From: the human T2T-CHM13v2.0 reference genome, Homo sapiens
Reading direction: 5' to 3' (one strand)
DNA length: 64,000 nucleotides
Assembly (NCBI RefSeq): GCF_009914755.1
Contig: NC_060929.1
Position 1 is the first letter of the stretch. Each line of letters starts with the position of its first letter. Position numbers and translations under genes: made by a program. Below, one piece after another: positions 47,407 through 64,000 of this stretch. The notes beneath the pieces were generated by a model. The model was not told the origin of the DNA and made no database searches. It saw nothing but the letters and a program-made list of their open reading frames with translations.

Positions 47407-50200
47407 TATTGTGTTTAATTTTAATGAGTCCTGTGTTCTATAAATACAAACTAAAATATTCATGGATAAAAATATATAAGATTTGCTTCAAAATCGTAAA
47501 TGGAAGAATGGGTGGGGGTATGAATAAAACAGAAGTGGTCATGTATCGATGATTGCCATGAGAGAGTGACGGGTACATGGGGCTCAACACTTGATTTTCT
47601 CTGCTTTTGTGTATATTTGAACTGTTCCCAGATAAAAAGAGTTTTTCTTAAGAGACTACAGTAAAGTGAGAAAACACATCATACAGTAGCAGGAATGCAG
47701 TAATAACTTTAAAAAAAATGGCTGCTGGTAGCCAGGTGTAGCAGTAGTTGTAGTATCGTGATAGTTTTTATTAGCTTCAGTTAAATGGTCAGGAAGAAAG
47801 GCTGATAGGCAAGGGAATGGATTAACGGATATGTGAGGAGAATCATCCCTTTTCAAGTTCTTCTAACAAAGATCTCACTTTTCTTATGTTTAAGGGAGCA
47901 TCAACCCCCACAGGTACAGAGGTCTGCAGAACTCTAACATATAACATTCACAGAACTCGGCCACAAACCAGACCCCAAAACATGCTAGAATTCTCTCTCC
48001 ATTGTTGAATGTTAGCAGCCATTTTGCTTTCATTTAGAGCTTCAATTAAACAGTATCAAATACGTCAGGTATTTTCTTTTATTTCTGCAAATGTATCTTT
48101 ACAATCAAATGCCTCATTTTTAGCCATTCACCCTTGAAAAACTGAAAGTGATTTCAAATAGTGATGTGTGGCCAGCTTTAACTTGGACAGTCATTAGTGT
48201 TAGAGGAGTGGGGATTTGGAAATACTGCCTTAAGAAAAGTTTCCCCCTTAACTTATTTTTTACCCTTCCCACCTCTGTCTCCATGGAAATGAGGTCAGAG
48301 GCCACGGAGAGCTCCCAGGGAGCCAGCAGCTGGGAATGAGAATTCTCACTTAGAGATTTCAGCTGAAAGCTATAAACTCCTTTACAAAGACCAGCTGAGT
48401 CTTTTGGCCACCATAGTCTCCTTTTTACACTAATAAATAGGTGGCTTTTTTTTTCTTTTGTCTTTCTCTTTTGGCACATACATGGAGGAAGAAGAGGTGC
48501 CACTGAGTAATAACCATTTTTGCATTTATACTTGAACTTCTGTGCAATAAATCAAGATGGAGATATTCCTTAAGAATTTATTTTCAACTTAATATGTTTA
48601 AATGATAGTGTACATATGGAATTAAGCAATTATCACTTGCTTGATCTCTGTCCTTTCAAGTTTATGATAACACCAGATATTTGAAGACAAATATATGTGG
48701 TTATTCATTACATGCTATCAGTTATAAATGATTCTAATAGAATGTCACCATGACATAATTCAAAATCACTTAATTAAAAGAAAGAACCAATCTCAAGATA
48801 TGAGCAGTTGGTGCCATTAAACAAAATGTTTTATGAATTAACGTATACTTTACTATTAGTACCTGTTTTTGTTGAACTGTTAACACAAGTCCATATTTTT
48901 TTGCACTTTATTCAGTTTATTTACTCATAAATCATTTGAAAATATCTGAGAAGGGTGACTACTCAAATATGCCAAACACTTTGTTATTTTTATAAGTTAT
49001 ATATTATTATTTAGTAGCCGAATATTTATTAAAACAATATGAAATGTAAATTTAGTTTAAAAAAAAAAAAAGCCCTAACAAGTTCTTTTTAAATTTGGAG
49101 CTATAGGAGTCTGTGTTTCAAACTTTTTTTTCCTTCATGCCACACTTTGTTTTATGGTTCAAGGTTTGTAGACTCAATAAGATTCAGCATTATTTCCAAG
49201 AACTTTTACGAAATTTCATCATTACTCTTACATAAAACACTGAGTTATTACTTTTAATCATCAATCACACAACTGCTCTGAATTTTCCAGAACTTAGCTT
49301 CAGCAAGCATCAGAACCACAGCACCTCTCTCAGACACTTTCACATTCTTTCTCTCTCTCTTTTTTCAGCGTTGTGGTCAGCAGTCTAATGATGCTGGGCT
49401 TTTATTCTTTACTGTTTCCTTTGTCTTTGGGCCCTTTCGCAGGTCGCTGCTGAGCTCTCTCTCTCTCTGTCCTGGGTTGAGCCCTTATTCCATTTTCCCC
49501 TGCTCTCAGAAGTGAAACAGAACATCGTGTTCCGAAGCTGCCCAGCACACATGCTTCACGATGCTGCCAAGTTTGCAGCTGACCAATTGGCCTACTTTAG
49601 AGGACTCGCATTTACAAAATTTACAAGTCTTTATTTCCACCAGCCCATCACCTCCTCCCCACCCCGCCGAAAAAGAGTATGTCAAACACACTGATAAATC
49701 AAGAGTTTTTTGGTGTTGCAACAAAATGGGCAGTCATTTCTTTGCCCTTTGCTGGCTCTCAGCCTTGCTCTTCCCTCCTGAATAGATGGAAAATATGGGT
49801 TGGTGTACGGTACAAAGACATTCAAAAGTGATTGCCTCTGTATTAATAACTAATTTCAAAAGAAACATACAAACGAAATGATATGCTCTTCTATTTTTTT
49901 CGGAGATCGGTATTTCTAAAGTAATTCCTTTCCAAAAACTGATCCAGGCAAACCTGTCTTCTTCCAAATTAGGAAGACAGAGTTAATGCTTTGCTTTTTC
50001 AATGAGATTGGGTCAGGCAAGTCATGGATTTAGATATTTTGAACACTCCTTATTGGCATTTGAATCTTCTAAGCTTCTATAATAGATTCAAGATCAAATA
50101 GGAGAGGGTAAGGATTTAATGGAGCAAAGAAAAGTTGTAGGAATTGGTTTCTTGTGATTTTAGTGATTCCTGCCCCACTCTTCAAGAAAAGGAACTCGGT

Positions 50201-51137
50201 CAAGGGTAGATCCAGGTTATTGCAAAGCTTATAAAATATGGAGCCCTCTTTATGAAAAAGAATATGAAATTAAGCCCAAGAGTAAATATCTACTTAGAAT
50301 AAGAGAAGAAACCATAACAAATGACAAACTTTAAAAAGCATCCAGAAAAATAGCATCATTACCATTAGTATTAAGAATTATTGTTATTATCATAACTTCA
50401 CTGTTTGATCCACCTATGTAACATTTCTTTTCCCTACTTTTTTTACTTTATCCTCTTTGATCGTTCCTCAAATAACCAAAACTTTATAATACTATTTTGT
50501 GTAAAGAGAATAGAAAGATAATTTTGTTTTTTTTTTTCTGGCATGGCAGATAGAAATATGTTTTTTGTTATTAATGGCTTAGAAAATAATCTTTCAGCTT
50601 GAGAATTATTGGTCATGCCACAGCTGAAACAATCTCTTGCTCCAGAGGTGCTTCGTGCTCTAAGAAAATTCCTCAGAGACTCCAGACCTTTGATCTTGCT
50701 GGGCAGGGCTCCAGCTGACCCTTTGGCCATTGTCTCAGCAACTGATCCAGCATCCCATTTGGTGTCCTGGGTGGAAAGGGCAGGGCTCGAGATGCTGGTG
50801 GTGGGGCCTTTGTCTGGAGAACCCTGAGCAGAGAGTGGTGGAGCATCTCATTCCAAACCTTCTCCTTGGTGCCAGAGTTGGATTTCAGATACCTGGGGAG
50901 GCTCCACATGTTGCAGGGCATCACTGGAGGTCAGCAAAAATTGAGAGTACGTTCAACCTACCAGCCTTCCACACAGACCGAGAATGTAGAGATTGACCCT
51001 CTGGCTGGCGTGGCTCTCCATGCATCCAGCTATACCTTAAATCCCTGCGAAGGACACACAGAACCTTGGAAGGGCCTGTGAAAGTAAGCGGCTGTGAAAC
51101 TAAAAGCTCATTAACTTTATGATAATCCTCCCCTCTG
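50201..51137 (-). mobile_element. Ancient hAT DNA transposon fossil (hAT-1_Mam-like) with transposase C-terminal remnant
   Basis: The minus-strand translation QAERLFSKPLITKNIFLSAM...NYLSILF resembles the hAT dimerisation motif (AERSFSKLKxIKNxLRSTM). Degenerate TIR-like ends caagggtagat / atcctcccctctg. Confidence 0.7.
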
Positions 51138-51732
51138 TTCAGTGCTCATAATATAGTGGACATTCATGGAACTGAAAATAGAAATGAATTCTCTGGCCAA
51201 AGTGACCCCTATTTAGTATTCTCAAAATTTTAAGCTCCACAGGGCAAGGATTTTGTCTGCTTGGGTCACTGCTGTATCTTCATCTTCTTCTGAATATTGT
51301 TCCATTTGTTAAGGGGACCAAAATTTGTTAGCAATGCCTTTTATTTTCCTGGGTTAAAATAGGCTGGCCAACTGGAAGCTACTGGATATTGCTCACTATT
51401 AATTTCTTCACATACCCTTGAGATACTTGTTCTTACATCATCCGAGCTCCTCCACTCCCGCATTCATTTTGTTGTGGGGGGGTGGGTTTTGAAGCATAGT
51501 CTAAGCATCATGTCATCTTCTTTTCATTTTGAGTGCATGCTCTATCGCTGCCCAGATAGTCAAAAGTCAAGCCTTTTTGGCTGGGACTCTTCCAGTTGTA
51601 TTACAGTGCTGGAACTTTTTTAAAGTAGAAAAGCCCTTTACCCTGTTTTTAAATACCAGTTTAAGATATTAGAAGAATATTTTTGAAAGTATGAACATAT
51701 TTTGTTGTTTCTTGAGGATTCTGAGATGCTTC

Positions 51733-52334
<602 letters not shown>

Positions 52335-52728
52335 AAACTCATAGATTACACAGAATATTAGGGATGGAATGACACAATGTCTTCTCCCCTTTACTAGTGA
52401 AGAAACTGACCCTCAAAGGGATAAAATTAATTGCTCAAAGTTGTAATCACGAGTAGCATCAATCAGAAGCTCTATTAAGGGAAGCATAATAAAGTTATTC
52501 TTCCAAATAAGTGTCTTGGTTCATTCAGGCTGCTATACCAAAATGCCATAGATACGGTGGCTTAAAAACAAGGAGAATTTATTTCTCAAAGTTCTGCAGA
52601 CTGGGAAGTTCAAGATAAAGGCAGCAGATTTGGTGTCTGCTTAAGGCTGACGTTTCCTTGGTGCATAGAGGGTGCCTTCTCACCGTGTCCTCACATGGTG
52701 GAAGGGCAAGGGGTAACCTTTGGGACCC

Positions 52729-53372
<644 letters not shown>

Positions 53373-53399
53373 TAGAGATCCAAGTTCATTACCTAATCA

Positions 53400-53808
<409 letters not shown>

Positions 53809-54262
53809 TCACAAACATTCAGACCATAGCAGTAAGTTTTGAAACTTTCCTTATCTCTTATTTTCATTTTTCCATCAGCTCTTATCTCTAATACCATGAT
53901 AACTGTGATTAACTATGTCTGAGTCAGTAACATTTGAAACCCCAATACCTATATGTTATGATAAGGAACACTGGGAGACCAAGAAAATCAGAGACATTAT
54001 CTTGGAGGGACTCGACATTGGCATGGTGCTGGCCACTGGTAGAATACTTTCTGAAGTAAAATTGAGTACACTCGAACCTTGTCTCAGTTGCCTATACAGT
54101 ACTGCAAATGCAGGACTTATTCATTTATTCAACAGACATTTATTAGAGCATTGCTCCAAGCCAGGCACTTTGCTCAGAGGAGCTTAAATAGATTAAAAAA
54201 AAAAAAGACATGGATTCTGTCTTCCAGATCATAATTGAGTGGAGAAGCAAATACATAATGTA

Positions 54263-55268
<1,006 letters not shown>

Positions 55269-55269
55269 T

Positions 55270-55878
55270 ATTTGTTTCTCCTGCTGTGACTGCAAATTAC
55301 CACAAATTTAGCAGCTTAAACCCACACTTGTTTTTAGCTCACAGTTCTGTGGATGAGAAAATCTGGGTACAACACAAATGGGCTCTCTGCTCAGGTTCTC
55401 ACAGGACTAAAATCGAGGTGTCAGGCAGCCTGCATTCTCGTCTGGAGCTGGGATCCCATTCCAAGCTCATGTGCTTGTGAAAGAACTCAGTTCCCTGAGG
55501 CTGTAGAACTGAAGTTCCTTGCTGGCTGTCAGCCAGAGGTTGCTCTCAGATCCTAGATGCTGCCTGCATTCCTTGCCATGTGGCCCCCTCTGTCTCCACG
55601 TAAGCAATGGGTTATCGTTCTTGCATCAAACCCCTCTAATATTTCAAATCTCTTTTGAAGAGCCTCGTCTCTTTTAAAAGCTGACCCGATTAGGTCAGTC
55701 GCACCAAGGGTAATCTCACTATCTTAAGGTGAGATTTGGCATGTTAATTACATCTGCAAAATCCCTTTGTCATATAATAGAACATAATCATGGGAGCAAT
55801 ACCACATTGGCCTCGTTCACACTCATTGGGAGAGGATTTAGGGAATCATTGGAGGTCATTTTAGAATTCTGCCCACAG
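55270..55878 (-). mobile_element. MLT1E/F-type MaLR LTR
   Basis: caaattaccacaaatttagcagcttaaa...cctgcattccttgccatgtggcccc...ttaattacatctgcaaaatccc...ttagaattctgcc. Confidence 0.8.
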
Positions 55879-56226
55879 CCTACAGCAGGTAACAAAAAGT
55901 AATGATATAGTGAAGCGAGCTACGAAGAATGCAGCGAGCTGTGAGAATGCAGAGAAGGGTAAATTTAACTCTGCCTAGTGGCAGGATAGAGTTAGGCTAA
56001 GAGAAGAGGTAAATTTTGAGCTGATGGGGAAGAATGAGTAGGAGTAGAACAGGCAGGAAAAGGGCAGGCCCTTCTACTTTATTGCATGTGTCTGTTTTAC
56101 CTCCGCCAGTACAGCTGACGTCCTTGGGTATGTGGAGCAGGCCACTTCTGGCGACTTCCTTCCCCAACTCCCAACATACCAACCACAGTCATGGACTCCT
56201 AGGTAGTGTTCAAGAAATATTTTGCA

Positions 56227-56526
56227 GGCAGGGCGCGGTGGCTCACGCCTGTAATCCCTCCACTTTGGGAGGCCAAGGCGGGTGGGTCACGAGGTCAGGA
56301 GATCAAGACCATCCTGGCTAACACGGTGAAACCCCATCTCTACTAAAAATACAAAAAATTAGCTGGGCGTGGTGGTGGGCGCCTGTAGTCCCAGCTACTC
56401 AGGAGGCTGAGGCAGGAGAGTGGCGTGAATCCAGGAGGTGGAGCTTGCAGTGAGCCGAGATAGCGCCACTGCAGTCCGGCCTGGGCGAAAGAGCGAGACT
56501 CCGTCTCAAAAAAAAAAAAGAAAAAA
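56227..56526 (+). mobile_element. AluY
   Basis: CpG-rich with AluY diagnostics; TSD aagaaatatttt. Confidence 0.95.
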
Positions 56527-56567
56527 GAAATATTTTGTATAGATTCAGTATCTAATTAATTTTGTTT

Positions 56568-56709
56568 TTTTAAAAAATATTTATTTATTTAGAGACAGGG
56601 TTTTGCCATATTGGCCATGCTTGTCTTGAACTCCTAGGCTCAAGCAATCCACCCCCCCTCAGCCTCCCAAAGTGTTAGGATTACAGGCGTCAGCCACCAT
56701 GCCCAGCCA
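56568..56709 (-). mobile_element. FLAM_C / AluJ left monomer
   Basis: Single monomer; TSD core tatctaatt. Confidence 0.85.
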
Positions 56710-56954
56710 ATATCTAATTTGTGATAGCCATGTAATCATGAACCTCTCACCTACCTTATTCTTACTCTCTCTGCATCAGAGGTTTTAAAACAATAAAATT
56801 TGAATTTTATAAAACATTTTCACACACACACACAGAGGAAATATCTAGTTGATTTTTGGTGACTGACTTCTATTAATCTCTTCTGTCGTTTTCTTTTGCT
56901 CCTCCTACCCACTTTGCTCACCTTGCCCCAGCTGAGTCATCCCTGGTCAGATGT

Positions 56955-57361
56955 TGTCTCAATCAGGATTCTTCAGAGAAATAGAACCAATAGGAGACAG
57001 ACAGATGGATAGATAGACATAATTTTAAGAAACTGACTCATGCAATTGTGGAGACCAGCAAATCTGAAGTCTGAAAGTGTGGAGCCCACAGGCAGCCTGG
57101 AAATTCAGATAGGAGTTAACACTGCAGCCTTGAGGCAGATTTCATCTCCAGAAAAATCTTGACTTTTGCCCTTAAGAATTTTCAACGATTTGTATAAAGC
57201 TTATTCCCATTATCAAAAGTAACCCCCTTTACATAAAATCAACTGACAACAGATGTTAACCACATCTACAAAATATCCTCACAGCAACATCCTGATGTTG
57301 TTTGACTAAATAACTGGGTAATACAGCCTAGCCAGGTTGACATATAGAACTAGCCATAACA
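56955..57361 (-). mobile_element. MLT2C/D-type ERVL LTR
   Basis: cagagaaatagaaccaatagga...gactcatgcaattgtggag...gatgttaaccacatctacaaaata...tagccataaca. Confidence 0.8.
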
Positions 57362-57491
57362 TATTTTTTCATCCAGGCTTGGACGTTTTAGACCAGTCAA
57401 GCCCCCCAGTGACTGAACCCTCAGCCAAAAGGTGGAGTAGCAGTGATAGCAGTGATCAGCTGCACCCAGTCAACTTTGAATTTTGTGAAAT

Positions 57492-57787
57492 AGCTGGGCG
57501 CGGTGGCTCACGCCTGTAATCCCAGCACTTTGGGAGGCCGAGGCGGGCAGATCACAAGGTCAGGAGATCGAGACCATCCTGGCTAACACGGTGAAACCCC
57601 GTCTCTACTAAAAATACAAAAAAAATTAGCCGGGCCTGGTGGCGGGCGCCTGTAGTCGCAGCTTCTCGGGAGGCTGAGGCAGGAGAATGGGGTGAACCTG
57701 GGAGGCGGAGCTTGCAGTGAGCCGAGATAGTGCCACTGTACTCCAGCCTGGGCAACAGAGCAAGACTCCATCTCAAAAAAAAAAAAA
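57492..57787 (+). mobile_element. AluY-like
   Basis: Full Alu; TSD gaattttgtgaaata. Confidence 0.95.
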
Positions 57788-57837
57788 TATATAGAATTTT
57801 GTGAAATAATAAAATGGTGGCTGTTTTGAGACAGAGG

Positions 57838-58143
<306 letters not shown>

Positions 58144-58379
58144 TAAGCCAGTAAGATTGAGGTGGTTTGTTAGGGAGTAATAGAAAGCCAAAACACCTAC
58201 CGATTAAAAGAAGGCCTTGAACCACACATCCTTGGGTACAGATAAAAGGTGGAACAGCTCTGGGAACAGAAGCAAGATTTTCAGTCCCAGTCTTTGGAGC
58301 AAGACCATTAATGTGACTGTGCTCCAGTGAGCTCAGAACCATGTTCAAAGTTCTTCAGGTATCCATCAGACATGTGTTT

Positions 58380-58870
58380 TATTACCTTCCCCTTTCTCAA
58401 GAACACCTGGTTTCTGTTTGGGAATCCAAGAAATATACTGTCTCTTTCCCCTCAAAGATGAAGCATATGACCTTGGCTAAGCCAATTAGCATCTCCTTGG
58501 ATGTAGTGATTGATTCAAAGAAGGACCTATGACCTAAACCTGTTCAATCAGAGTGACTTTCTGAGCTTTTGCTGAAAACAGTGGCAATGATACTCTTTCT
58601 GCCTTGCTGGATGTCAGTTTTAAAGCACACAGTTCCTTCCAGGAAATGCTGGTAGCCAGCTGGTGACCTTGAGGGGAGTTAAGTATTAATCCAGCAGCCT
58701 GGAAGGAAGAACAGAGAGAGAGAAAGATAAGCCACATCTTTAGTCCTTCCACTTAGCTGCTGGAGTAAGCCTCACCTGAAGCTTATTTTCTGCTGGCTTT
58801 TCAGCAAATTTCCTCTATTACTTAATCTTACTTAAGGTGTATGTTTTGTAATTTGCATCTGAAAGCCTGT
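58380..58870 (+). mobile_element. Old MLT1 (J/K-like) LTR fragment
   Basis: catatgaccttggctaagccaattagc...ttcaatcagagtgac...ttttgtaatttgcatctgaaag. Confidence 0.55.
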
Positions 58871-59094
58871 ATGTATCAGGGCCATTCTTAAAGAAGAGAG
58901 AATTGTTATGAGTTCTGCAAATACCTCAAGAGGGGTCTACAAAAAGGCTGTAACTCCTTTTCACCTACATCAAGAGATGTCTTGAAAGCAGGGACATGGA
59001 AAGAGATCCCATGACATCCCTACTGACACAAGGACTCTGGACTCTGCTTGTCACCTGTTAGGAAGGGAGAATGATGAATGATGAAACTGGAACT

Positions 59095-59310
59095 AAAACT
59101 TACTGAGCACCTACTGTGTGCCAGGCACTGGCCTGGATCCTTCACATACATTATCTTACCAAATATCTACAAAATCCCTTTGAGTGGTTATTCTAATTCC
59201 TGCAGATGTGAAAGCTGAAGCTAGGAGAAGATAATTAACTTGGCCAAGGTCATGCTGCTATTTAGTTTCAGGCAAGTTTCAAACTCTTGTTTGAAGAGTT
59301 CTTTCTGACT
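59095..59310 (-). mobile_element. MIR
   Basis: ttactgagcacctactgtgtgccaggcactg...taacttggccaaggtcatgc. Confidence 0.8.
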
Positions 59311-61337
59311 CCAGTGCTCCTTCCCTCCCCCTAGGAGTCTTTAGACTCCTACCAGAAACACCCTCTCCTATCAGTTCTGTTATGATCACATCCACAGTAA
59401 CTAACAGTGAGGATAAGGAAAGGAAGGCATAAAACCTTGGAGGCGGAGGTGTGGGTGTGGGGAGGAACGAGCTCTACCCTCAGCCTAACTGTAATAGTTG
59501 CACAGGCTGTCAAGTCTCATAGCCAGATGTGTTCCATATAGATTCTTCAAATGTCAGAGCAGAGTCATCTACTCTGACTTTCTCCTTTTATAGTTGAAGA
59601 ACTGAGTGAGGCCAGAGAGGTCAACTGACCTGCCCTAAAGCCACACAGCTAAAGGCTGAACTAAAACCAGGCTGTGCTTTGGCTCCACCTCTGGTTCATA
59701 GTATAGACCTGGTTTCATTGCTTGGCCTTGCCACTTACTGAATGGTTTGGGCAAGTTATCTAATCATTCTGGGCCTTGATTTGCTCACCCGTAAAGTGTG
59801 GAATTTTAGCAGCACTTATCTCTTGGATATAAATTACATAAAACACCATCAGGGAACCTAGTGAGTGCTAAGTGTTAACTTCCACTGATGGGCTCACAGC
59901 TCACTGTCTCAATGGCACTGATTCTCTTCCCATCCAACCCCAACTTCAGCATCTCTCAGGTGTCTTTTTACACTCTGGTTACCTCCAGTGTGATCTAAAT
60001 TACAGTCTGTCACGAATCTGCGTGTATCTGCTCTAGAAAAGAACTTACAATGACTATACCATGAAATCAGGGAGGCAATAGGGCAAGAGCCCTAATTTTA
60101 ATCTTAATTTGTCTAACCTTTAGTTTTCCCTTTTTCCTTTTTCTGACTGTTGATGGAAGTAGGAAGAGGAAGGTTTTCCTGTTTCTCTTTCCATCCTTTC
60201 ATTATTGAAATCTGCCACCAGGAAAGGATCTGATAAATTCATTCTGTGGTAACTTACTGATAAGGCTTAACTAGTGACTTTTGTTTTTAAGGGTATTTGC
60301 AAGCTTCATCAAAGGTCAAAGCCTAAACCAAGGATCTCCAATGTTAGAGTTTTAGTATCAATCAAGAGTGGGACAGGTTTGCATTTTGGTTTGTTTTTGC
60401 TGGTGTTGGATCAGGGAGAATGAAAGGAAGGAAACCCAGAAGATTTTTTATAAATCCAGGTTCCACCCTCCAGGCTGAGAGTGAGCTAACCATGTGGGCA
60501 AGTGGGAAGGGGGAAGTGTTGAATATTCCCCAGGACTTCCTGGTAGACAATCAGAATTGCCTTTGAGGGAACCTAGGGGTGGGAGTGGAGGACAGATCCA
60601 CCAAGAACCAAGGCCTTTACTGAGGACCAAAAAGCCATGCGTCATATCCAAGGAACCAGAAGGGGACAATGTAACCCGTGAACAACCTCTGGAGTAAGTC
60701 TGAACCCAGAGCTCACACCCTTCTTTCCCTTGAGCAGGCTCTGTGCTGTGGGGTGGGACAGATTCAAGGCTCTGAGATGGATGACACTCCCTACTGTTGC
60801 TGCCCCTCTTGCCACCCTCTACTCTCAGGGTTGTCACACTTTCCAAAGAGTTGAGGGGGCGGGGTGGCGGGGCAGAGGAGGCAATAACCAATGTTACCAA
60901 GAGTCTCTTGGACTTTGGAAGGGCACCAGAGCTCCAGCCAGGTCAAAACCATCAGCCCACGTGGTGCTCTATCAGCACTTCCTTCTCACATTCTCTGAAG
61001 ACACAAGGAGGAAGTGGGAGTCCAGGTAGAACAGCTCCCCTACTAGAAGAGAAGACCTAGGTCAGGAACACAGGGCTGGGCATGGGAGCAGGAGAGACAG
61101 AAGTAGCAGCATATGCCTTCCTGGTGAGGGGCCCCTGTGGTCCCAGGGCTTTCTGCAAGGATCTATGCAGCAAACACTCTATACAGACTTACCAGATGCA
61201 TGTCTTCACACATATATGCCACTGGCTTTTCAAATGTATACAGAAGGCTATAGTGTGATAATGTGATAATATCATCCCTAATTTATAATTTATAATTCTT
61301 ATTTAGTCAATAACTGGACAGTATAAGACAACTGCTC

Positions 61338-61679
<342 letters not shown>

Positions 61680-62508
61680 TAAAACTTCCTTTAAAAATGC
61701 CTCAGTGTATTTTCCATTGAGGAATATCTTTTATGTTCTTCCCTGGGGGGAATTTAGCCTAATCCATCCTGCCTACCAGCTCCTTTACAATATGTTGATT
61801 TGGGGGCAGATTCTTTTGAAAAAAAAAAAAAAAAAAAAAAAAAACTGAACTCCGCTTTCTGAATTTTCCCACTCACAAAAAAATTTAGCTAGATATGATC
61901 TACAGGCAAGATATACCTAAGTTGTCTGGGACTGGCACTCAGATTGTTAGTTAAGTATCAATTCAAGGTCAAAGGCACACTGCTAACTTTGTTCAGTTTT
62001 CTTTCCACTAAAATAAATTGACCATCAGACAATTTTTGGTTATATTTCTAACATAGTTTTTAATTAAGTGACAAAATGTTTAAATTTACAAAAATATACT
62101 TTAAAACATTTAAGCAAAATAGAAGTGTACAAAGAAAAATGCCCTCATTAGCCCATAGGCAGAAGTGATTATAATTTGAAATGTTTAGGAAGATAACAGT
62201 TGTACTTACATCTAAGAGGTTATTTTATGTTTATTTTTTCTTTTCTCCTATAAATACCGTAGAAATCCAAACAAATGCGTTTGTATAAAACACTGAAGAA
62301 ATGGTACTACCTCCTTCTCAAACTTCTACCCCTACTCATCATTTTTGTCTTCCGCCTCATCATCACCAAAGAATCAGCTACCTTCTGTGTTTTGTAGGGA
62401 AATCTGTGCCTGTTCCTCTTCGAAGCAAGTGGACTTTGTTTCCTTGGAATAAAACTCTGTGGCTTGGGACAACTCACTTTCCCTCTCCAATTTCTTTGCA
62501 AAATATGA

Positions 62509-62846
<338 letters not shown>

Positions 62847-63199
62847 GCCCACCTTTTATATAATTCAAAATAAAAACAAAACTGGGTCCTAAAATAAATG
62901 TCAGGATACCCAACAATTTGATTCGCCCCATGATGACTGTTTCCTTGCTTTGGGGAAATATAGAAAATTCTTCCAATACATGTATTTCTGTTTCTTCTGG
63001 CTTTGGCAATCAAGCCCCAAAAGAACAAGGAGCAATACATTGTCTCTGAGCTCTGAAAGTCTATAATTTGTCAGTTATAATTTGGAGAATAGAAGTAGAG
63101 GTGATGAGATTGAAAAACATAAATAATATCAAATAAAGCTAAATAAGAATAGATCATTTTGAGAGATTGGGAGAAATGAACAAGACTCTTGCTAATGAG

Positions 63200-63813
63200 A
63201 GCCCTACTTCATAGTGAATTCCAAAGAATACAATATGTAAAGGGGCAAAAAAAAAAAAAGTAACTTTACAGTGGAGAAACCTGACAAACGCTACTCGGTC
63301 AGGTGATCAAGGTCAACAGCAACAGTCATAAATCATGTAGATAGTATAAACCCTTGATTTGATGTGACAAAGTGGTATCTTACCTCTGTGGTCTTCTAGA
63401 ATCCATTACCCCTAGTCTAATCATAAGAAAAACAACAGACGAATCTCAATACAGGGGGGGTACCCTCTTACCTCTTTCAAAATTAATAATCAGTAGTCCT
63501 CAAAACTATCAAATAATCAAGACTAACAAAAGTCTGAAAAACTCTCACAGCCAAGTGGAGCCTAGGGTGACAGGACAACTAAATATAATGTGGTACCCTG
63601 GATGGGATCCTGGAGTGGAAAAAGGAATTAGGTAAGAACTAAGAAAATCTGAATAATCATGATCTTTAGGTAATAATAGCATGTCAATATTGCTTCAATA
63701 ATTATAAAAAATTTCATTATAAACGTAAGATGTCAATAATACGCGAAACTGGCTGGAGGGTTGATGGGAACCCTATAGTATCCTCAATTGTTCTTTAGAT
63801 CTCAAACTGTTCT
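63200..63813 (+). mobile_element. L1MC/L1MD-type 3' region
   Basis: gtaactttacagtggagaaacctgacaaac...caggtgatcaaggtcaac...ctggatgggatcctgga. Confidence 0.75.
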
Positions 63814-64000
63814 GTTTCACTTTTTTGCCCAGGCTGGAGTGAAGTGGCAGTGATCTCGGCTCACCGCAACCTCCGCCGCGCCACTCCATCCCACCAGGGT
63901 TCAAGCGATTCTCCTGCCTCAGCCTCCCAAGTAGCTGCAATTACAGGCACCCGCCACCACGCCTGGCTAATTTCTGTATGTTTAATAGAGATGGGTTTTC
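63814..64000 (-). mobile_element. Alu running off the window edge, lacking a poly(A) tail
   Basis: gcccaggctggagtgaagtggc...ttcaagcgattctcctgcctcagcctcc. Confidence 0.9.

Noticed and set aside
60362-61060. Overlapping ORFs in a GC-richer unique stretch
   Set aside because: No recognisable protein, no CpG island, no supportable splice structure.
61819-61844. Isolated long poly(A) run
   Set aside because: No TSD or retroelement body visible.

Overview
This is primate (very probably human) genomic DNA, apparently intergenic or intronic, and dominated by transposable elements. It holds roughly 40 Alu/FLAM copies, several L1 remnants, MaLR/ERVL/ERV1 solo LTRs, DNA-transposon fossils (Charlie1, Tigger3, MER2, MER20, MER81-like, an old hAT), and MIR/L2 fragments. 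I found no intact protein-coding exon, and nearly all tracked ORFs are repeat-derived or random. The only gene-derived sequences are a full-length processed EEF1B2 pseudogene (minus strand, one 2-bp frameshift) and, directly adjacent, a U6 snRNA retrocopy missing its ACAGAGA box. The two share a target-site duplication (TSD) present three times. Other notable structures are a ~255-bp near-perfect palindrome interrupted by an Alu, two inverted Alus fused at a CCCAGG microhomology, a THE1B LTR flanked by a ~95-bp duplication, and a hAT fossil carrying unexplained GC-rich sequence. I see no convincing new multi-gene system. Repeat family names come from recalled consensus sequences, not a database search, and most boundaries are approximate.
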